Below are positions 1 to 8,436 of a stretch of 64,000 bases of DNA, one piece after another. Made by a program: the position numbers and the translations under genes. The notes under the pieces are model-generated. The model was not told the origin of the DNA, did no database searches, and saw only the letters and a list, made by a program, of their open reading frames with translations. Position 1 is the stretch's first letter, and each line of letters opens with the position of its first letter. The stretch comes from a virus, in IMG/VR virus record IMGVR_UViG_3300048694_001005, positions 32,001 through 96,000 of that record. The stretch is one strand, 5' to 3'.

Positions 1-345
1 GCGACCATTAATGCCGCTAAAATCAAAGCCCAACAAGTAAATGGGATCACAGTTTTCCATACTGGCATAGCTGATAGCAATAGGGCCGCTACTGTAACCA
101 AAGTTATATTGAATACGTTCAGCACCTTTATTGGGCAGTGGGCTTCTAGTATAAAACTCATGCTGTAGGGCATATCCGCTGTTTTGTATTTCGGTGCTAA
201 TACCAGGATCTGTTGCTATTAATACGTCCGGCGCAAAATCTCTATAAAGAGCATTGCAGCCATAAATTTTGCCATACTTACGCAAATTATTAAGCTCTAT
301 AGTGCGACGAGATGTGCCGTTACCTAAAACAAATGCGGTTGTCAT
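1..345 (-). CDS. Partial ORF running off the left edge; MptE/DUF115-like (Maf-type glycosyltransferase-related) protein
   Basis: Not in the ORF track. Manual translation from ATG 345: MTTAFVLGNGTSRRTIELNNLRKYGKIYGCNALYRDFAPDVLIATD...YSSGPIAISYA...IYLLGFDFSG. The GNGxS, GCN, SSG and LLGFD motifs are typical of this fold. TAAATA at 367..362 lies upstream. Confidence 0.6.
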   Translation of the reverse strand, partial: MTTAFVLGNGTSRRTIELNNLRKYGKIYGCNALYRDFAPDVLIATDPGISTEIQNSGYALQHEFYTRSPLPNKGAERIQYNFGYSSGPIAISYASMENCDPIYLLGFDFSGINGR

Positions 346-400
346 AATGAAAAAGCCACAGTATTTACACTGTGGCTTAGTGTTGCATATACTTGTACGA

Positions 401-850
401 TTACGCACCAGTAATAATTACGCTTAGTCCAGTTTCAGCTGCGGTTAAATTCCAAGCTACGCTAGCACCATCTGCGAACTCCCAACCACTGGCGCCATAT
501 TGCACCAATGTGGCTTTGCGTCCGGAAATTTTGCTTACATAGTAAGTTTTACCGCTGTTATCAGTAGCAAACATTCTAAATTCACCTGCTGCTGGTGAAG
601 TAGTTACTAGTTTACAAATACCAGTACCATCTGTGGCATTCACGCATGTAAAACGCTTGCTGCCTTTTTGATTCAAAAGATAGCTAGTACGTGCTGCTGT
701 GCCGCCTGAACCACTGATCCAGTCTGTGCTGGTATTAGGTGGTAGGTATGCTGTTACTTGAATCTGATTACCTGTTTGGCTTGTGTTACCAATAGCACCG
801 ACTTTCAATGTGCCTTCAACTGTTTCCGTCAATTTAAGTGGACGTCCCAT
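401..850 (-). CDS. Hypothetical protein, probably virion structural (beta-rich, Thr/Gly-rich)
   Basis: 149-aa ORF with strong SD (AAGGAG), preceded by a late-promoter motif at 938..933. Confidence 0.55.
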   Translation of the reverse strand: MGRPLKLTETVEGTLKVGAIGNTSQTGNQIQVTAYLPPNTSTDWISGSGGTAARTSYLLNQKGSKRFTCVNATDGTGICKLVTTSPAAGEFRMFATDNSGKTYYVSKISGRKATLVQYGASGWEFADGASVAWNLTAAETGLSVIITGA

Positions 851-940
851 TTTGTTGTCTCCTTATGTGGCGTTCTAGGCCCTACGCGGTGGGTACCGCA
901 TAAATCCGCTAAACCTATTCTAGCGGATACAGTATTTAGC
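851..940 (-). promoter_or_regulatory. Late promoter TAAATA followed by a structured 5' leader
   Basis: TAAATA at 938..933. Stems ATCCGCTA/TAGCGGAT and GCGGT-ACCC-ACCGC lie between the promoter and the SD. Confidence 0.5.
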
Positions 941-941
941 T

Positions 942-1238
942 TTAATGCTGTTTTGACAGCAATACTAAAAGGAGATTTTGCTGTATAGGATACAGGATAT
1001 CGTTGGCTTCGCGCAGTTTTTCATCATATCGCTGCTGTATGTGCACATTACCAGGCTTGAGTTTGAATCCCACAGCAATTTGGCTAGCTTCACGAATCTT
1101 GGTATCAATTGCTCGTATCACTACGGCAAAATCGCGTCTATATTCTACATTGTTTTTAGCCAGTTGACTTAACGCTGCACGTATTTCGTACCAGTGTTCA
1201 GGACTGTCTATTGTTGTGCTGAGTATGTCAAGATCCAT
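942..1238 (-). CDS. Hypothetical helical protein
   Basis: 98-aa ORF filling the gap, divergent from the endolysin. Confidence 0.55.
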   Translation of the reverse strand: MDLDILSTTIDSPEHWYEIRAALSQLAKNNVEYRRDFAVVIRAIDTKIREASQIAVGFKLKPGNVHIQQRYDEKLREANDILYPIQQNLLLVLLSKQH

Positions 1239-1245
1239 ATAAATA
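1238..1245 (+). promoter_or_regulatory. T4-type late promoter TATAAATA
   Basis: Perfect consensus 21 nt upstream of the endolysin ATG, followed by SD AAGGAG. Confidence 0.75.
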
Positions 1246-1266
1246 TAAGAAATAAGGAGAAACTCA

Positions 1267-2106
1267 ATGAAATTTAACTTTACCCAAGATCAAATCACTC
1301 ACATCATGCCTAAAAATAAGGAAGTCGCAGATTGGTTTAAGGCTATGTCAGAAACACTGCCAAAATTTGGCATTGACACTGAGCTGCGAGTAGCTGGTTT
1401 TTTGGCACAATGTATACATGAAAGTGCTGGATTCACTATACTTCAAGAAAACCTCAATTATAGCGCAGATGGCTTGGGTAAAATTTTCCCTAAATACTTT
1501 GCTAATGTTAACGCAAATGACTACGCACGTCAACCGGAAAAAATAGCTAATCGTGTATATAGCAGCCGCATGGGCAACGGTGACGAAGCCAGCGGTGACG
1601 GCTATCGTTTTAGAGGTCGTGGTCCTATACAATTGACTGGCAAGGACAATTACACTCATTGCAGCCAGGATGTTTATGGTGATGATCGCTTGGTACGTGA
1701 CCCTGATCTCGTTACCAAAGACAAAAGTGCCGCACTTAGCACCGCTTGTTGGTTTTGGAAGAAGAATGGGTTAAATGAGATTGCTGATCGTGGTGATGTT
1801 GTGGCTATGACCAAACGTGTGAACGGTGGTACCATTGGACTAGACGATCGTAAAAAGCACTATGAGGAAGCTCTGGCGGTATTTGGTGGCAAGGTACCTG
1901 CACACACCACCGCGGTGCTGACAGAAAGCTTACGTGTTGGTAGCCGTGGCGATGCTGTAGCCGCGGTACAAACTAAACTGGGATTGACCGCTGATGGCGC
2001 ATTTGGTCCCGGTACCGAAGCTGCGGTAAAGAAGTGGCAAGCCGCCAATGGCCTCACTGCTGATGGTGTTGTTGGCCCTGCTACTTACAGCAAATTGATA
2101 GGCTGA
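1267..2106 (+). CDS. Endolysin: GH19 (chitinase-like) catalytic domain plus C-terminal peptidoglycan-binding domain
   Basis: AGFLAQCIHES, GDGYRFRGRGPIQLTGKDNY, TACWFW and VNGGTIGLDDR; C-terminal LRVGSRGDAV...ADGAFGPGT...GLTADGVVGPAT (PG_binding_1 pattern). Confidence 0.92.
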   Translation: MKFNFTQDQITHIMPKNKEVADWFKAMSETLPKFGIDTELRVAGFLAQCIHESAGFTILQENLNYSADGLGKIFPKYFANVNANDYARQPEKIANRVYSSRMGNGDEASGDGYRFRGRGPIQLTGKDNYTHCSQDVYGDDRLVRDPDLVTKDKSAALSTACWFWKKNGLNEIADRGDVVAMTKRVNGGTIGLDDRKKHYEEALAVFGGKVPAHTTAVLTESLRVGSRGDAVAAVQTKLGLTADGAFGPGTEAAVKKWQAANGLTADGVVGPATYSKLIG

Positions 2107-2117
2107 CAGGGTAGTAC

Positions 2118-3218
2118 ATGCGAGCCAAAGAATTTATTTTTGAAAAGGTAGGATTTGATACCGACAATATTCGTTTGGTTCGAGTACAGCCTGACTTGAA
2201 TGGGATTGGACACGACCAGCACGGTATTTTTATATATAGGTATGGTGATAGCGATCGAAACACGATACACTTTGTTGTAAATGGCGTAGTAGCTGGTCAT
2301 GAAATGGGAAACTGGGACAACGCAGTAGTAGCTATAATTGCAAACCCAAAAGAAATTAAGGCTCCAATGTCTGGTGCTAGACTGGAAGACACATGGTATA
2401 ATGTGGACAAGGATGGAAAATTATATATTGGAAAGGCAGTTATTTTAGTCCCACAGGGTATGGATAATCCAAACAAATTGCCGATTGAATTTTATTCCGG
2501 TGATAGAAACCAAGCTGTGTTTCAATATCTGCAATCGCAAGGAATAGATCCACTGGACATTGGTAGGAATTCTGTAGCTGAATTAGATATGACTGATTAT
2601 TCTGATACTGTAAATGATATCATAATGAAATATGGTGCTGCTGGAGAAACCACCCAAGATCAGCATTTCAACACCTTTGACAGTCACCTAGAAGGCTCTG
2701 TAAAACGTCTTTCTCTAGCATTAAAATCTGCGAAAACAGAGAGTTATCGTTTTACCAATAATCAAAGTGTCGAAGTTAATTATACAGATTGGGTTAGAGA
2801 AACAATTACAGATATCATAAAACAACTAGATGATTATATAAGAAAAAATCCAAAGATTGCCGCGCATGCATCTGCATATCATCAAAAAGTACGCAGCCAA
2901 CTGCAACAGTTGGCAAAACAATCACAGGAAATAGATAAACGATACGAAAATAGTGGCTTTTTATTAATTGTGCCTGGGCAAAAAACACAAGGCCCAATGT
3001 CATGGGATCAACTCTCTAACCAGGTTATAAGATATCAACAGCTATATCCGGGTTCACCACAACAGTTGCATGTGGCACGTAATTGGCCTAATAACGGGCA
3101 GCCTTATGATTTACTAGACTCGACCGCAGCCGAAATATTTAATAAAGAGCTGGCCCCATATATGAAAACTACCCCACCACCACTGCCAACAAATAATGCG
3201 ACTGTGGATAAAAAATAA
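2118..3218 (+). CDS. Hypothetical protein, putative internal head (ejected) protein
   Basis: 366 aa; N-terminus MRAKEFIFE resembles the T4 capsid-targeting sequence. Confidence 0.6.
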   Translation: MRAKEFIFEKVGFDTDNIRLVRVQPDLNGIGHDQHGIFIYRYGDSDRNTIHFVVNGVVAGHEMGNWDNAVVAIIANPKEIKAPMSGARLEDTWYNVDKDGKLYIGKAVILVPQGMDNPNKLPIEFYSGDRNQAVFQYLQSQGIDPLDIGRNSVAELDMTDYSDTVNDIIMKYGAAGETTQDQHFNTFDSHLEGSVKRLSLALKSAKTESYRFTNNQSVEVNYTDWVRETITDIIKQLDDYIRKNPKIAAHASAYHQKVRSQLQQLAKQSQEIDKRYENSGFLLIVPGQKTQGPMSWDQLSNQVIRYQQLYPGSPQQLHVARNWPNNGQPYDLLDSTAAEIFNKELAPYMKTTPPPLPTNNATVDKK

Positions 3219-3904
3219 TGAGAGCCAGAGAAATCACCGAGGGTCTAGCACATCCAGTAATATGTGTTGATGTGCAGCCTGAATACTGCGGCATCGCTGA
3301 TGGTGATGAAAGTCCAGTTTGCGTCGACATCATTAAATTTGTGGTGCGGCAAACTGGACCTGTGCTGATGTTTGTTAATGCCGAAGAGCAAGGGCTCAGT
3401 GGTGATACCGTGCAAAGCATAAAGCAATACTGGGACAATACCATTTGTCCAGAAGAAGAACGATATAACTATGACGATACTACTGACGAATATAGGGAAA
3501 ATCCCAATTGCCCCTCAGTTGATTGGCGCAGGTTTACCATAGTAGACAAGGGATATGGATATTTTAGGTCATGGATGGACGTGGGCATTAGTCCCGCAAC
3601 AATTATACGTGTGATTAGACTACTTTATCAAAACAAACTCACTGACAGTAGAGAACTATTTGGTGGCGAGGGCTCTGATGACTATGACATCAATATGCGA
3701 GCCTTGATAGGATCAGAATTTAGGCCCTGGATGCTGGACGATCCCATTAGTGTAAACTGGACCAGTGTTGCACAACTAAAACGCTTTAGTGGTGCTTATT
3801 TGGTGGGTGGCGCACGTGATAGATGTTTACGTGAAGTTGAACTATTAATGAATGCTTTCAATATTAGATACCGACGTATCGACCATTTGGTGTATGACCC
3901 ATGA
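3218..3904 (+). CDS. Isochorismatase/cysteine-hydrolase-fold protein, putative internal head protein
   Basis: ICVDVQ (Asp), IVDKGYGYF (Lys) and YLVGGARDRCL (Cys) match the D-K-C triad order; N-terminus MRAREITE. Confidence 0.65.
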   Translation: MRAREITEGLAHPVICVDVQPEYCGIADGDESPVCVDIIKFVVRQTGPVLMFVNAEEQGLSGDTVQSIKQYWDNTICPEEERYNYDDTTDEYRENPNCPSVDWRRFTIVDKGYGYFRSWMDVGISPATIIRVIRLLYQNKLTDSRELFGGEGSDDYDINMRALIGSEFRPWMLDDPISVNWTSVAQLKRFSGAYLVGGARDRCLREVELLMNAFNIRYRRIDHLVYDP

Positions 3905-5301
3905 GACAACAAAATTTATTTGAGCGCGCCAGTCCTGTATTATATCACTATACCAGTGCATATAATGCATTAGACATCATCAAGAACAACAGATTCCAAT
4001 TGGCCATAAGCATTGGTTCGCCCAGCGAAGCTAAACTAGCACCACCTGGCTATAATTATTTTATCAGTTTTACTAGAACGCTGACTGGTGATTATCATCG
4101 CTGGGCCAGCAATGGTGCGGTCATGCTTAATATAGATGGCACGTGGTTTAATGGTCGTTATCCCGTCAAACCTGTAGATTACTGGGAAAGATCCTGGTTA
4201 TATCCTGATAGCGATAGGACCCGTGAAAGTGAAGATCGTGTATTCGCTAGAGAACCAGAGATACCAGCTAACGCAATAACACAGGTACACATATTTTTAC
4301 ATGTTGCTCAGGAGTATAGAAGCTCACAAGTACGACAATTACTCATAGCCTGTAAACTACGCAAGATTCCAGTATTTTTGTACGACAATGAAGCCGCTTG
4401 GCGATTACAGGATACTAGGCGCAGTCAAAAAATTACAGCTAAATTACCTAATCTAAAAGGTATACAACTGCCTGGCTATACTGGTAGATCAAAAAATTAT
4501 CTTGAAGACTGGATTGAATTACTGCACAAAAAAGCAACTAAAGAACTCACAAAAAGTGCGGACAAGCTGCGCTATAATCTGCGATACTATGCACACAAAA
4601 ACGAAGACAATGGTTTAACTACCGAGATAAGCAATGCACGTAAACCAGGCGCTGGCGCAACACGTCGATCTGCAATAGAGATTCTCAATTATATGCGCCA
4701 ACATAGAATCAAGTCAATAATAGAATTCAAAAATATGATTGCTGACAAGTGGGATAAGATTGTTGACCAAGAAAAAGCCTCACAAAAACCCACAACCGAA
4801 ACAGTGAATCCACGTAGACCACTGGCCGTCAAACAGGGTATGGCTACTCGCAGCTTATATTTTAACGAAGGTACTATTGAAAAGATTTGGGGTATGAAGC
4901 GACCACGCAGTTTAACTTCACTGCAAACTGCATTGGATATGCTATGGGACCACTATGCTGATATAATAAAAACTCGCCGAAAAAAGCCACAGCTACTTTT
5001 TGGCAAAGGTGCAAAGCACGGTGGCAAATATTTTAGCTACACGCAGGATTTATGGGGCGGTGGGCAACAGATTGTTTTAGCACCAGGCGAGCGAAATCTC
5101 TATGTGCTGGTACATGAGCTAGCCCATGCCCTGGGCGCGATACAGCATGGAGTGCGTTTTGCACAACTTTATCACGATATGCTACAACATGATACGTTTA
5201 AAGAAATGATGTCCACAGAGGATGGACAAAAATTCATGCAATACCTAAAAGTGGAACATCCCAAGCTGGTGCGCCGGGCTTACAGGGGAACTACACGATG
5301 A
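3901..5301 (+). CDS. ADP-ribosyltransferase-like N-terminal domain fused to SprT/WLM-like zincin metallopeptidase
   Basis: LYHYTS...FISFTR...RESEDRV (ART strand motifs); VLVHELAHAL...HGVRF (HExxH at 5113..5127); N-terminus MRQQNLFE. Confidence 0.6.
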   Translation: MRQQNLFERASPVLYHYTSAYNALDIIKNNRFQLAISIGSPSEAKLAPPGYNYFISFTRTLTGDYHRWASNGAVMLNIDGTWFNGRYPVKPVDYWERSWLYPDSDRTRESEDRVFAREPEIPANAITQVHIFLHVAQEYRSSQVRQLLIACKLRKIPVFLYDNEAAWRLQDTRRSQKITAKLPNLKGIQLPGYTGRSKNYLEDWIELLHKKATKELTKSADKLRYNLRYYAHKNEDNGLTTEISNARKPGAGATRRSAIEILNYMRQHRIKSIIEFKNMIADKWDKIVDQEKASQKPTTETVNPRRPLAVKQGMATRSLYFNEGTIEKIWGMKRPRSLTSLQTALDMLWDHYADIIKTRRKKPQLLFGKGAKHGGKYFSYTQDLWGGGQQIVLAPGERNLYVLVHELAHALGAIQHGVRFAQLYHDMLQHDTFKEMMSTEDGQKFMQYLKVEHPKLVRRAYRGTTR

Positions 5302-6053
5302 GACTGAGAGAAATACTGCGAGAAACCGCGGAAGAGATACGAGAAATTGAAGCCATCGCTGGTCTGGTAGCTGATTATCTGGCAAAATTGCAGCAGAGCC
5401 GGGAGCCCTGGCGCATCTTTCGTGCGCTGCCCTTGAAACAGGTGGTACAGCCTCGTTTCCAAAACGCCGCAGTCAATGCAGTTGTGAAGAATGTGTGGGT
5501 GCAGGTAGATGGTCAAATGAAACCCCAAAATCTCGGCTCCTGGAGTCGTTCGGAAAATCGCATTCAAATAAATGCCAGTTTGATCAAGCCCGAGTTGGAT
5601 CGACCCGAGCTGATCAATACACTGGCACACGAGCTTACACATGCCATGGATACCCACAAGGGCATAGCGTTCCGTGGACAGGCCAATATCCACGATGGTG
5701 GCATTGGCGACCAGGAATATCAACACTACCTCAGGCTACAGCACGAAATAGATGCTCGTCTCACAGAAGCCCTGGTTAGCCTGGCACAAGAGATTAAAAA
5801 ATTTCAAGATATTGATGAGCTGTTCGGCCAGCCCGGTCAAGAGGCGCGGTCTCAAGACATCCTGTGGCGTGCTATACAACAGGTATTTGCCCGTAGCAGA
5901 ATCACAGAGTTGTATCCCCAGGGCACTCGAGATCCACGCTATCGCAGACTTTTAAGCCGAGCCTACAAGTTCTATGCCACGCCCCAGGCCGTGGCACAGG
6001 CCACTCAGCCCACATTGATACAACGAGCCCTGGCCTGGCTCAAGGCACGTTAA
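5298..6053 (+). CDS. Zincin-like metallopeptidase (HExxH), putative internal head protein
   Basis: IQIN...NTLAHELTHAMD...YLRLQHEIDARL; N-terminus MRLREILRE. Confidence 0.7.
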   Translation: MRLREILRETAEEIREIEAIAGLVADYLAKLQQSREPWRIFRALPLKQVVQPRFQNAAVNAVVKNVWVQVDGQMKPQNLGSWSRSENRIQINASLIKPELDRPELINTLAHELTHAMDTHKGIAFRGQANIHDGGIGDQEYQHYLRLQHEIDARLTEALVSLAQEIKKFQDIDELFGQPGQEARSQDILWRAIQQVFARSRITELYPQGTRDPRYRRLLSRAYKFYATPQAVAQATQPTLIQRALAWLKAR

Positions 6054-6066
6054 TCTTGTTTGCTGG

Positions 6067-7212
6067 TTAGCGTTGCGCTAGTTGCTGATAATAGGCTTGT
6101 CGCTGTTTAAGACCCTTTTGACCTTTGTTAACTCTTTTAGTAACTTGCCCCACCGAAGCCTTACTAAAGTCCGACACATGTGTTGCTACTCGATTTTTCC
6201 AATACCAAATCGCTGTTTTAATAGCTATATCCTTGTCTGTTCTCACTATATCAGGATTTGCTACCAATCTATCATCACCATATAAGGCTTTGCTACATCT
6301 TGTATAGTTGTCACGACCAGTCAAATGCAAGTAACCACCGCCCCTAAATAACCAACCATCACCAATTTTTGTATTACCCAGGGTCTTTTTAAAATCATAC
6401 TTACGCATAAAGTATGCTCGAGGATTTTTGCTGTCCGGTGGTGGTAATTCTGTTAGGCTCCAAGTCCCACCTACTTCTTTTTTTACCTGTGATATAAAAT
6501 GCGCTAATTCATCACCATGTATACCAGCAGCGCGAGCTTGACGTACTACTTCACGATGCTGTTCCGGAACACTGGCTTCTATTTTGTCATCTATACTAGC
6601 CTGTGGAACAGCTTTTTGTGTCTGTGGAGCAGCTTTTTGTGGCTGAACTATTTGTGCTTGTGGAGTCTGTGGTGTGGGTTGCTTTAGCTGACTGATCGCG
6701 CCATAGCCCAGTGTTGCCGCTGCCATCGCTGCCGCAGTTTTTTCTCTCCAGCCTTCGTCTAGTTCAGCGTGAGTGTCCTGCAACAAGAAAAGATCATCAC
6801 CTCTTAGCATTTCCCCCAGATCTTCTTGCACGTCATCGGGCAAAACCGTTGCTGATGTTTCTTGATAGCCAATTGAACCGGCATAACGTCTCAAAAGATT
6901 TAAATACAACTTACTGCGTTTTTCACCTTTGCTGGTAAGTATGAAAAATTTAGGTCTACCATAGTGTTGTAGATATTCAGCTATCGCTTGTTTTACAGTG
7001 GCGAATATTGCCAACTCATCTCCCTGACCAGTCAAGTCAAAACTACCACTGATACTAAATTCAACTATAACAGCTTGTGAAACTGTTGATCTATCAAAAG
7101 TTATCCTGAGCCTACCGGTTTTTGCGTCGGTGTAGGCAGAGATTGCATACGGTGCCCAGTTTTCGTCCCAGGTCAAGGTATAGGGCCTGTCAAATAATTC
7201 GCAAAGTAACAT
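6067..7212 (-). CDS. Two-module protein: unknown N-terminal domain, hydrophobic segment, C-terminal GH19 muramidase
   Basis: LAHFISQVKKEVG, GDGWLFRGGGYLHLTGRDNY, TAIWYWK and VTKRVN; internal LDEG followed by AAAMAAATLGYGAI. Confidence 0.75.
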   Translation of the reverse strand: MLLCELFDRPYTLTWDENWAPYAISAYTDAKTGRLRITFDRSTVSQAVIVEFSISGSFDLTGQGDELAIFATVKQAIAEYLQHYGRPKFFILTSKGEKRSKLYLNLLRRYAGSIGYQETSATVLPDDVQEDLGEMLRGDDLFLLQDTHAELDEGWREKTAAAMAAATLGYGAISQLKQPTPQTPQAQIVQPQKAAPQTQKAVPQASIDDKIEASVPEQHREVVRQARAAGIHGDELAHFISQVKKEVGGTWSLTELPPPDSKNPRAYFMRKYDFKKTLGNTKIGDGWLFRGGGYLHLTGRDNYTRCSKALYGDDRLVANPDIVRTDKDIAIKTAIWYWKNRVATHVSDFSKASVGQVTKRVNKGQKGLKQRQAYYQQLAQR

Positions 7213-7218
7213 AATGTG

Positions 7219-8433
7219 TTAAGGTAATCCAGATGTATATGTTTTAGATGCAGTATAATTAGTTGTGACTTCTGCTTGGCTAAGAGCTTTGCTGTATACC
7301 CTCATCTGATAGTATGTTCCTGGGGTCGCATCAAACGGAGTGTTAGCTGTTCCAGCGTTGGGGTGTCTAGAGCCAAACTGTAGTGCTGAACCCGTACTAG
7401 ATGCGGCAGTATAACCTGTTGTTGTAGGAGTTAATAATGTCCCATCCTTATATACTTTTAATGCACCTGCTGCAACTGTTACTACAATATGTTTTAATCC
7501 CGCAGCAGGAATGCCACTAACTGCGTAAATATTGAAAGCACCTGGCTTTCCGGCGTAAAAATTGTTACCTGTTGAACTACCCCAATATGCTAAATGTCCA
7601 AGCGATCCACTATATTGATCGCTGCCAAATAGTGCTGCCCAATAACCGGTTGGCTGTGTATCAACAACCATTTCAACTGACCAGTTAGTGGTTGGTAAAG
7701 TATATGTTGTACCAATCATAGCCATGTTGGTCGCATTGCTTGGGCCCAGTGTTAAACCTCCGCCATTGCTAGAAGTGTAAGTGGCAGATCCTGTGCCAGT
7801 TTTATATACAGTACCATTGTATCCGTTATTGGTGTCTTCGGTCCATGTGCTGCCTGAACTAGGAGCCGTTAATAAGTTAAATACCAAACTGGACTGTACA
7901 AACGGTGATGTTATACTGGTATCGTTAACTGTAATTGAACTAGTGGTTGCTACAACTGTGCCTGACGTAGATCCCGTACGAATCTGTACAGTAAATGTTT
8001 CTGCACCTTCTGTTGTGATATCTGCAGTTGGTGTGATGGTAAATGACCCCGCATTACTAGTAATTGTAAATGATCCTGATGTAGCTGTGAAGTCACTGTT
8101 ACTTGTTGTTACGTTATTAATAGTCCAATATAGCGTTGTGCCGTCGGCTACACCCACAGTTGTTACATTGATAGTTCCTGCCACACCCTCGTTTATACTA
8201 CTAGGTATGGTCCCAATACTATAACTAACTGCAATCCAAGGTCTGCCCTCTATTAATCCACCTGTATTAGAATTGTCTAATATGTCATTGCCAGAATACT
8301 GCGTTGGCAATTGAGTAATATCGTAAAAAGCACGAGGATTACCATCCGCGGCTCGATCACTAGCGGCCAAATCCAATTTACCTATTTGGCGCAACTGTTT
8401 GGTTGCTAGTGTACTGATTCCGTTTAGTGACAT
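7219..8433 (-). CDS. Virion decoration-like protein with Ig/Calx-beta-like domain and C-terminal LamG/ConA-like lectin domain
   Basis: SINEG...TLYWTI...SGSFTI...TEGAETFTVQIRTGS (Calx-beta-like); KHIVVT...LKVYKDG...QMRVYSKALSQAEV (LamG-like). Confidence 0.7.
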   Translation of the reverse strand: MSLNGISTLATKQLRQIGKLDLAASDRAADGNPRAFYDITQLPTQYSGNDILDNSNTGGLIEGRPWIAVSYSIGTIPSSINEGVAGTINVTTVGVADGTTLYWTINNVTTSNSDFTATSGSFTITSNAGSFTITPTADITTEGAETFTVQIRTGSTSGTVVATTSSITVNDTSITSPFVQSSLVFNLLTAPSSGSTWTEDTNNGYNGTVYKTGTGSATYTSSNGGGLTLGPSNATNMAMIGTTYTLPTTNWSVEMVVDTQPTGYWAALFGSDQYSGSLGHLAYWGSSTGNNFYAGKPGAFNIYAVSGIPAAGLKHIVVTVAAGALKVYKDGTLLTPTTTGYTAASSTGSALQFGSRHPNAGTANTPFDATPGTYYQMRVYSKALSQAEVTTNYTASKTYTSGLP

Positions 8434-8436
8434 ATT

